Origin: a virus
Taxonomy: Duplodnaviria; Heunggongvirae; Uroviricota; Caudoviricetes
DNA: 18,778 nt
Reading direction: 5' to 3' (one strand)
Virus record (IMG/VR): IMGVR_UViG_3300047274_000273
Span: 119,217 to 137,994 of that record
A program made the position numbers and the translations under genes. Shown piece by piece: positions 9,076-14,434 of the stretch. The notes under the pieces were generated by a model. It saw only the letters and a program-made list of their open reading frames with translations. It was not told where the DNA came from and made no database searches. Numbering within the stretch: position 1 is the stretch's first letter; each line of letters begins with the position of its first letter.

Positions 9076-9705
9076 ATGCTTCCCAAAAGAATTTTTTTTA
9101 CAGGTGTTCCTGGTAGTCGTTGGAGTGGTCTGGCCCAACATATCGAATCAAATGTTCCAGGGATGAATATTTCAGATAGAAACGACGAAAGAGAATTCGC
9201 TCATTGCGTAGCACACTCAGGGATGCCTGCAGGACACAAAGGTGCATATTTCGGAACAGGCATGGAATATGCGGCCAAGTTAGAAGATGCAGATTATCTA
9301 GACAGTCCCTGGAAAACTCCAGGTGGTACTAGAATTGTAAAGAGCCACGAGTGGGCTTTCCAGCTCGATCGTATCAAAGAGATGTATCCGGAAGATTGGA
9401 TCGTCTTGGTATATCGTCCCGACGAAGTCAGCAGTGCTTGGTGGCATCAGATCGGTGGATTCACTATCAAGTATCCAAACTATGATCATTATGTAGACAG
9501 CATCGGGATGAATCACAATATCAGACTGATGAACATCGAAATCCTCAAGTATGCCAAGAAGCACGATGCTAGATGGTATCATATCGGTCAGAAATTTTTC
9601 AAGGAAGTATTCGGAGTCGATGTACCTTGGTTTCCAGACTTCTTTCACGATGTGATGGTAACCGCTATCCCTAATAGCACCAAATGTGGCGAAAAAGCCA
9701 CATAA
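9076..9705 (+). CDS. Sulfotransferase/P-loop-like hypothetical protein
   Basis: N-terminal IFFTGVPGSRWSG resembles the sulfotransferase G-x-P-R-S-G-T loop; also IVKSHEW and IVLVYRP. Confidence 0.6.
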   Translation: MLPKRIFFTGVPGSRWSGLAQHIESNVPGMNISDRNDEREFAHCVAHSGMPAGHKGAYFGTGMEYAAKLEDADYLDSPWKTPGGTRIVKSHEWAFQLDRIKEMYPEDWIVLVYRPDEVSSAWWHQIGGFTIKYPNYDHYVDSIGMNHNIRLMNIEILKYAKKHDARWYHIGQKFFKEVFGVDVPWFPDFFHDVMVTAIPNSTKCGEKAT

Positions 9706-9721
9706 ACTGCTGATATTTTTC

Positions 9722-9750
9722 TTGACATATAAATAAACTGACTATACAAT
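9722..9750 (+). promoter_or_regulatory. sigma70-type promoter P1 with an embedded T4-late box
   Basis: TTGACA-17-TACAAT; TATAAATA at 9728-9735. Confidence 0.75.
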
Positions 9751-9808
9751 AGATAGACTTGTTAGAGATGCAATAACCCTTAGGGTTAGTCAATTTTACC
9801 AAAAGTGG

Positions 9809-9837
9809 TTGACAGCAGAACTAATTAAGTATATAAT
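9809..9837 (+). promoter_or_regulatory. sigma70-type promoter P2 (perfect consensus)
   Basis: TTGACA-17-TATAAT. Confidence 0.9.
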
Positions 9838-9888
9838 AGACACATGAGTTAGGAATTCTCCTAACAATTTAAGGAAACAGAGAAGCAA

Positions 9889-10029
9889 ATGAAAGCAACG
9901 TCGTTACATAGACAAGTTAAACACATAGCCCAGTTGGGAGGCTTTATGCCCTCTTATTGGTCAGTATGTGAGATTAGTCTATCTAATGATCGTACACCAG
10001 AATCGGGGTCCGCGGAGATCATGAGTTAA
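9889..10029 (+). CDS. Putative attenuator leader peptide (46 aa, all 20 amino acids)
   Basis: MKATSLHRQVKHIAQLGGFMPSYWSVCEISLSNDRTPESGSAEIMS*; AAGGA at 9871-9875; below the ORF-track length cutoff. Confidence 0.7.
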   Translation: MKATSLHRQVKHIAQLGGFMPSYWSVCEISLSNDRTPESGSAEIMS

Positions 10030-10061
10030 CCGTAAAGTAAACTCAAACTTCAAAGGACCCC
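10005..10061 (+). promoter_or_regulatory. Putative antiterminator hairpin
   Basis: GGGGTCC 10005-11 / GGACCCC 10055-61; GGAG 10014-17 / CTTC 10048-51; TGAGTT 10022-27 / AACTCA 10040-45. Confidence 0.7.
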
Positions 10062-10088
10062 AGGATTAAAAACCCTGGGGTTTTTGTT
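10057..10088 (+). terminator. Intrinsic terminator (attenuator)
   Basis: ACCCCAGG / CCTGGGGT 8-bp stem followed by TTTTGTTT. Confidence 0.85.
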
Positions 10089-10103
10089 TGTTAAAAGGAA
10101 AAA

Positions 10104-10286
10104 ATGGAACACAAAGAAATTGATTACACTAAATTGAACAAAAAAATCGTTGAACAGGCTTACGTGTCTGCTTATACTCTAAGTGATGAACAGACACGCA
10201 AACTTATTCAAGATAAGTTTGATCGAGCCCAAAAGCTCAGAGATGCCTTAGAGAAGAGTAATCTTCTCTGGCATACTGATCGATAA
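10104..10286 (+). CDS. Hypothetical protein, first gene after the attenuator
   Basis: AAAGGA SD; 60 aa. Confidence 0.7.
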   Translation: MEHKEIDYTKLNKKIVEQAYVSAYTLSDEQTRKLIQDKFDRAQKLRDALEKSNLLWHTDR

Positions 10287-10533
10287 GGTTCAGCGGTAAA
10301 GTGCGATAGGGAACGCGACCCTGCAGGGCACTCTAAACATCCTGCTACTAATGTGGGCGGCCTACCTGATGGTAAGTCTAGGGCGATAACCTAGATGTGT
10401 AAAACGGTAGCGTATTAAAGTATATTGCCGAACAGTCAAATGGCGCAAGCCGATGAGCAGTATACTTTAATACACACTCTTCTTTCGCCTTACGACGGCG
10501 TCAAAAAGCATAGCGGAGAGTGTTACAAATCAT

Positions 10534-10622
10534 GGAGCTTGATCCCTACGGCGGACTGTAAATCCGTTGCCTTAATATGTAGGGTGGCTGGCAATTAGGT
10601 TCGATTCCTTCAGGCTCCACCA
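10534..10622 (+). tRNA. Atypical tRNA-Tyr(GTA) lacking a normal D-arm
   Basis: 7-bp acceptor, GCGGA-CTGTAAA-TCCGT arm, TTCGATT loop and ACCA end; only 10 nt in place of the D-arm; 3-bp T-stem. Confidence 0.65.
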
Positions 10623-10631
10623 AAATTTAGG

Positions 10632-10660
10632 TTGACATTTTTTGAGTTTGGTGCTATACT
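10632..10660 (+). promoter_or_regulatory. sigma70-type promoter with extended -10
   Basis: TTGACA-17-TATACT with TGn. Confidence 0.75.
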
Positions 10661-10693
10661 AATAACACTGAGAAACTTAGAAAAGGTTCCAAA

Positions 10694-10888
10694 ATGCAAG
10701 TTCATCGAGTATTTGTTGAAGTTGGTTATTATGCAGGCGGTGGCACCGATGGTGCTTTTATCTCCGAAACTATTAACCATTTCGAAACTACAGTTAATGC
10801 TAATTCTTCAGGTGACGCTGTTAGGATTGCACAGGCTCAATTCGGTGGTCAAGAACGTTGTCGCGTAACCTATCGCGGCACGATGTAA
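10694..10888 (+). CDS. Hypothetical protein
   Basis: 64-aa ORF downstream of the promoter; overlaps no tRNA. Confidence 0.7.
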   Translation: MQVHRVFVEVGYYAGGGTDGAFISETINHFETTVNANSSGDAVRIAQAQFGGQERCRVTYRGTM

Positions 10889-10893
10889 GATTT

Positions 10894-10968
10894 GGTCTCA
10901 AAGTGTTCATGGACGCACACGACACTGTCACTGTCGAAGAAGGGGATCGTTACCCCTTGGGACCGCCA
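10894..10968 (+). tRNA. tRNA-Asp(GTC)
   Basis: Cloverleaf; non-canonical T-loop ATCGTTA; CCA. Confidence 0.85.
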
Positions 10969-10977
10969 AAGTTTTAT

Positions 10978-11052
10978 TCCAGAGTAGCACAGCGGCAGTG
11001 CAGTTGACTGTTAATCAATTGGTCGGTGGTTCGATCCCACCCTCTGGAGCCA
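10978..11052 (+). tRNA. tRNA-Asn(GTT)
   Basis: Cloverleaf, CTGTTAA loop, CCA. Confidence 0.93.
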
Positions 11053-11057
11053 GTTTT

Positions 11058-11132
11058 GCACCGTTCGTCTATCGGTTAGGACACCCGCCTTTCACGCAGG
11101 TAAGAGGAGTTCGATTCTCCTACGGTGTACCA
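11058..11132 (+). tRNA. tRNA-Glu(TTC)
   Basis: Cloverleaf, CTTTCAC loop, C.A mismatch in the anticodon stem. Confidence 0.9.
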
Positions 11133-11140
11133 GTTTTATT

Positions 11141-11216
11141 GCGGGAGTAGCTCAGTTGGTAGAGCGCAACCTTGCCAAGGTTGAGGTCGCGAGTTCGAGA
11201 CTCGTCTCCCGCTCCA
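11141..11216 (+). tRNA. tRNA-Gly(GCC)
   Basis: Canonical cloverleaf. Confidence 0.97.
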
Positions 11217-11218
11217 TT

Positions 11219-11292
11219 ATCTCGGTGGTGTAATGGCAGCATAGCAGTCTCCAAAACTGTTTGTGGGGGTTCGAGTCCCTCCCGGGATGCCA
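11219..11292 (+). tRNA. tRNA-Trp(CCA)
   Basis: Cloverleaf, CTCCAAA loop. Confidence 0.92.
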
Positions 11293-11304
11293 ATAATTCA
11301 ATAT

Positions 11305-11382
11305 GCACAGGTGGCAGAGAGGCCCAATGCAAGAGTCTGCAAAACTCTAAAACCGTCGGTTCGAATCCGACCCTGTGCTCCA
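11305..11382 (+). tRNA. tRNA-Cys(GCA)
   Basis: Cloverleaf, CTGCAAA loop, U73. Confidence 0.93.
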
Positions 11383-11389
11383 AGTTTAT

Positions 11390-11489
11390 GCCTCTGTAGC
11401 TTAATTGGTAAAGACGCGAGCTTATACCTCGCCAAAGCACCGGCCAGATAAGCCGGCGTGTGCAGGTTCGAGTCCTGCCAGAGGCACCA
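11390..11489 (+). tRNA. tRNA-Ile(TAT) with an extra GAT-loop arm
   Basis: GCGAG-CTTATAC-CTCGC arm plus CCGGC-CAGATAA-GCCGG arm; 100 nt. Confidence 0.8.
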
Positions 11490-11494
11490 TATAT

Positions 11495-11573
11495 ACCCCT
11501 ATGGACAAATTGGTAAAGTCGTCTCTCTCAAAAGGAGAAGTTGTTCTCCGTTCGAATCGGAGTAGGGGTACCA
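11495..11573 (+). tRNA. tRNA-Leu(CAA), short variable region
   Basis: CTCAAAA loop; 7-nt variable region. Confidence 0.88.
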
Positions 11574-11579
11574 AGTTAA

Positions 11580-11671
11580 GGAAGCGTGGCAGAGTCTGGT
11601 TTATTGCACCGGTCTTGAAAACCGACGTCTTAGAAATAGGGCCGTGAGTTCGAATCTCACCGCTTCCACCA
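11580..11671 (+). tRNA. tRNA-Ser(TGA)
   Basis: CTTGAAA loop; long V-arm. Confidence 0.93.
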
Positions 11672-11686
11672 TATAAGGAGATAGTC

Positions 11687-11881
11687 ATGGAAGTCAGCGC
11701 AGTTACCTATTACGGTTGGAGAGACGGTTTCCAAACAGTAGAAAAACGCACTACCTACGATTATCCCAAGAGCAATGATGTTACCGTAGTCGAACATAGA
11801 TCCTATCAGATTACGCTGTATACTGATAAAGGAACTTTAGAAACACATAATCGTGGTAGCAACATTGACCAGATGGTATAA
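11687..11881 (+). CDS. Hypothetical protein
   Basis: AAGGAG SD; fills the gap between two tRNAs. Confidence 0.75.
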   Translation: MEVSAVTYYGWRDGFQTVEKRTTYDYPKSNDVTVVEHRSYQITLYTDKGTLETHNRGSNIDQMV

Positions 11882-11882
11882 T

Positions 11883-11958
11883 GCCTGTTTAGCTCAATCG
11901 GGAGAGCATCGTCTTGATAAGGCGGAGGTACCAGGATCGAAACCTGGAACAGGCACCA
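11883..11958 (+). tRNA. tRNA-Ile(GAT)
   Basis: TTGATAA loop; T-loop ATCGAAA. Confidence 0.9.
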
Positions 11959-12024
11959 TTATAAGGAGAAATCAAAATGGGGCATTGGCAGTTGTTATTT
12001 TGGTTATCATAGGTTTAATTTGGA

Positions 12025-12053
12025 TTGACAAACATCTAAAGTGAAGTTACAAT
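12025..12053 (+). promoter_or_regulatory. sigma70-type promoter
   Basis: TTGACA-17-TACAAT. Confidence 0.75.
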
Positions 12054-12079
12054 ACTAAAACTGAAAAAAGGAGAATGGC

Positions 12080-12100
12080 ATGAAACGTGGTAAACGTTAG
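12080..12100 (+). other. Mini-ORF MKRGKR followed by a hairpin
   Basis: AAGGAG SD 6 nt before ATG; hairpin at about 12100-12138. Confidence 0.45.
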
Positions 12101-12159
12101 TGTCGCCCTGGTACTCCGTATGGTCCAGGGTTGGCACAGTAAATCATCTAGTACGACGA

Positions 12160-12235
12160 CCCTGTGTAGCGTTAATGGTAGCGCACTTGACTCTTAATCA
12201 ATGAGGTGTGAGTTCAAATCTCACTGCAGGGACCA
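12160..12235 (+). tRNA. tRNA-Lys(CTT)
   Basis: CTCTTAA loop. Confidence 0.9.
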
Positions 12236-12238
12236 TAT

Positions 12239-12313
12239 GGGAGTATAGCTCAGCGGTAGAGCAGCGGACTTTTAATCCGTTGGTCCAGGGTTCAAATCCC
12301 TGTGCTCCTACCA
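12239..12313 (+). tRNA. tRNA-Lys(TTT)
   Basis: CTTTTAA loop. Confidence 0.95.
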
Positions 12314-12392
12314 TATAAAAACACACCGGTCTACCGCCACCGAGAGGTAGTTAAAGACAATGACAAGCAACAGCCAGTGTGTTTCTATATGG
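12311..12392 (+). repeat. Stem-closed RNA cassette, copy A
   Basis: CCATATAAAAACACAC ... GTGTGTTTCTATATGG inverted repeat. Confidence 0.75.
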
Positions 12393-12404
12393 TAAAGAAT
12401 TCAA

Positions 12405-13290
12405 GGGCAGCTTAATGTCCTGTAGGCGGTTCGCCGCTTACGAAGAATAACTCCTGTGAGGGAGCCAACAGATGTATGCCTACATAAGTCTGCCAGCGAT
12501 GGTTCATTTAAGCAAGCCTGCTCACTCCGGTGACGGAGCGTTCACTGATAAGACCGGTGGATGTAACAGCAAAGCTGATGTAGTGGAAAGAATGTTTGCT
12601 CAAGCGCCGCAAGGTAACGCAAGCAGATAGAGAGTAACAGGTGGTGCTGACCTCACTACAAAACCAATCAGTTAGTTGGTATGAGAAAGGGTAGTGTTCG
12701 GTTCCGAAGAGTCGCGTCTAAGGGGTCGAGCGCAGTTTGAGTGGTTAGTGGTAACGTAGCAATACGTTGACGCCGATCGCGAAGAACGACTGAGTAGCTC
12801 GCGAGGCAAAAGGTACGTGGTGTGTTGTATTCAGTAGAGCAAAACTTTATTGAGCAACAGAGGCAGCACATCGCAGTAGGTTCAGTTATAGCACAATTGG
12901 TAGTGCATCTCCCCTGTTAAGGAGACGGCTGAAGGTTCAACTCCTTCTAACGTTCAAAAAAGCAAAGACTGCCTCGGTCATATGTGAAAAGCATCTAATA
13001 CTTAGGGCGCAAGCCAACTAAGTCAGACGTAGCTCGCAAGGTGAAATCTGTTTATGCTGGAAGTTTCGTAAGGTGTTAGCGCACCTGAATAGCTCGCAAG
13101 GTTAACGGAATAGATAGCGTAGAATAGCATATGACGACAAGACTACTGCCTGTCTTTAAAAACGGCGATGCTGATAGTGGACATAGGTACCGCAAGGGCT
13201 TATGTGGATGTCTAGAGAAGCTGTGCTCGCAAGGTGCAGTATAATGCTAGAGGCACTATTAGCTAACGTGTAATCTCAGCGTTAGCACCA
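12405..13290 (+). ncRNA. GOLLD-like giant structured ncRNA (boundaries approximate)
   Basis: About 890 nt with no credible CDS inside a phage tRNA array; many GCAA/GNRA-capped hairpins (GCTCGCAAGGT three times); long-range GCAGTAG/CTACTGC pairing; 3' hairpin GCTAACG-TGTAATCTCAG-CGTTAGC resembling recalled GOLLD 3' ends. Confidence 0.75.
12885..12951 (+). other. tRNA-Asn-like element embedded in the GOLLD-like RNA
   Basis: D-arm GCAC-AATTGGTA-GTGC, TCTCC-CCTGTTAA-GGAGA arm, GAAGG-TTCAACT-CCTTC T-arm; 4-bp acceptor; no CCA. Confidence 0.75.
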
Positions 13291-13397
13291 TATAAAAACA
13301 CATTCAAGGCAAAGTACAAGCCTAGCAGAAGGTGCAGCCACGCCCGGCAACGAGCGTCGGTGGACGGTGCTACTCCGTCGAGTGTGTTTCTATATGG
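13288..13397 (+). repeat. Stem-closed RNA cassette, copy B
   Basis: CCATATAAAAACACATTC ... GAGTGTGTTTCTATATGG. Confidence 0.75.
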
Positions 13398-13470
13398 TAA
13401 TGTAGCATAATGGTAGTGCAACACCTTCATACGGTGCGCTGTGAAAGTTCGACTCTTTCCATTACCACCA
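13396..13470 (+). tRNA. tRNA(CAT), elongator Met or Ile2
   Basis: TTCATAC loop; G1-C72 paired; identity cannot be resolved by eye. Confidence 0.85.
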
Positions 13471-13475
13471 TATTT

Positions 13476-13550
13476 GGGGGCAGCAGAGGGCTGCGGTGGA
13501 TCCTTGCAAGATTCATGACTACAAGGGTTCGATACCCTGGGCCTCCACCA
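13476..13550 (+). tRNA. Atypical tRNA-Ala(TGC) with a miniature D-arm
   Basis: G3.U70, A73, CTTGCAA loop; D region GCAG-AGGG-CTGC. Confidence 0.65.
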
Positions 13551-13556
13551 ATTTTC

Positions 13557-13630
13557 GCCCTTTTAGTTTAATGGTAGAGCACCGGTTTTGTAATCCGGGA
13601 ATGGTGGTTCGATTCCATCAAGGGGCACCA
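13557..13630 (+). tRNA. tRNA-Thr(TGT)
   Basis: TTTGTAA loop; U.U at 31-39. Confidence 0.88.
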
Positions 13631-13633
13631 AGT

Positions 13634-13852
13634 TTTGTTGTAGTGTCAGCAAGAGAAAGTCACGCTATAAAGGTTTCTTCGAAGGACTGATATAGTAGAA
13701 GGTGGCGGGTTCGATGCCCGACGGATCGGAAGATCCGGGTACATGGTGGCGTACTATCTGGTCCGGTATCCCAAGTAACGTACCGAGTCCTGCCCGGGCT
13801 AGTTAATCCAGGTGAATGGTGCCAATAACGATGGTGGCACATCTACAACAAA
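13634..13852 (+). ncRNA. Unidentified structured ncRNA candidate
   Basis: 10-bp closing stem TTTGTTGTAG/CTACAACAAA and several internal hairpins. Confidence 0.6.
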
Positions 13853-13863
13853 TTTATTTCTGA

Positions 13864-13937
13864 TCGGGTGTAGTGTAATGGTAACACCACAGACTTTGAC
13901 TCTGTTATTCTAGGTTCGAGCCCTAGCACCCGTGCCA
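13864..13937 (+). tRNA. tRNA-Gln(TTG)
   Basis: CTTTGAC loop; U1.U72. Confidence 0.9.
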
Positions 13938-13938
13938 T

Positions 13939-14012
13939 GCTCCTATAGTTAAATGGAAGAACACATCCTTGGTAAGGATGCGATACAAGTTCGATTCTTG
14001 TTAGGAGCACCA
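13939..14012 (+). tRNA. tRNA-Thr(GGT)
   Basis: TTGGTAA loop. Confidence 0.92.
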
Positions 14013-14017
14013 TATAT

Positions 14018-14092
14018 CGGCCTGTAGCTCAGTGGAAGAGTTCTGGTCTTCGAAACCAGCTGTCGGGAGTTCGAATCTCTCCAGGCCGGCCA
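14018..14092 (+). tRNA. tRNA-Arg(TCG)
   Basis: CTTCGAA loop. Confidence 0.9.
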
Positions 14093-14109
14093 TATCCTAG
14101 GAGATTGTT

Positions 14110-14316
14110 ATGAAAGCAACAATGTTTAAAAATCGTTTTAATAATGAGCATTTTGTCTGTGACGATATCCGTGTGACCGAGAATATCGACGGTGTCGAGT
14201 ATCTTATCGTACATCGACCCAATGAACATCGTCCGCTTAAAATGCGTCGCGATGCATTAGAGAAGATCAATACCCCAGTAACTCAGCGGAATAAGAGTAC
14301 TACGCTACGAACGTAG
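14110..14316 (+). CDS. Hypothetical protein whose 3' end overlaps tRNA-Arg(ACG)
   Basis: AGGAG SD; the stop TAG lies in the anticodon stem. Confidence 0.7.
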   Translation: MKATMFKNRFNNEHFVCDDIRVTENIDGVEYLIVHRPNEHRPLKMRRDALEKINTPVTQRNKSTTLRT

Positions 14317-14349
14317 GAGTCGGAGGTTCGAGTCCTTCCTGGGGTGCCA
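14272..14349 (+). tRNA. tRNA-Arg(ACG)
   Basis: CTACG-CTACGAA-CGTAG arm. Confidence 0.92.
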
Positions 14350-14355
14350 AACAAT

Positions 14356-14429
14356 ATCGCGTTGGACTTCTGGGAGGTCACTAGGCTTTCAACCTAGATA
14401 GGCGGGTTCGATCCCCGTACGCGATACCA
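14356..14429 (+). tRNA. tRNA-Glu(TTC), second copy
   Basis: CTTTCAA loop; acceptor stem unrelated to the first copy. Confidence 0.85.
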
Positions 14430-14434
14430 ACAAT

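Noticed and set aside
17-9648. Alternative-frame and minus-strand ORFs 17, 494, 2648, 3465, 3670, 4265, 5140, 6174 and 9298
   Set aside because: Each lies over better-supported, translationally coupled + strand genes.
10632-10868. 78-aa track ORF
   Set aside because: Its TTG start is the -35 box of a promoter, and it overlaps the better ORF 10694-10888.
11120-11688. Track ORFs 11120-11440(-), 11172-11399, 11263-11451, 11405-11647 and 11422-11688(-)
   Set aside because: They run through stacked tRNA genes and translate tRNA motifs; no SDs.
11853-12044. 63-aa ORF ending in a hydrophobic stretch (GALAVVILVIIGLIWIDKHLK)
   Set aside because: Its 5' half is tRNA-Ile. An SD at about 11963 serves ATG 11977 in another frame (11 codons). 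A one-base slip in the G run would give a 22-aa membrane peptide, but I cannot tell a frameshift from a sequencing error.
13476-13550. tmRNA 5'/3' ends (GGGGGC...CCTCCACCA)
   Set aside because: Only 75 nt, with an anticodon arm and no tag ORF or pseudoknot region.
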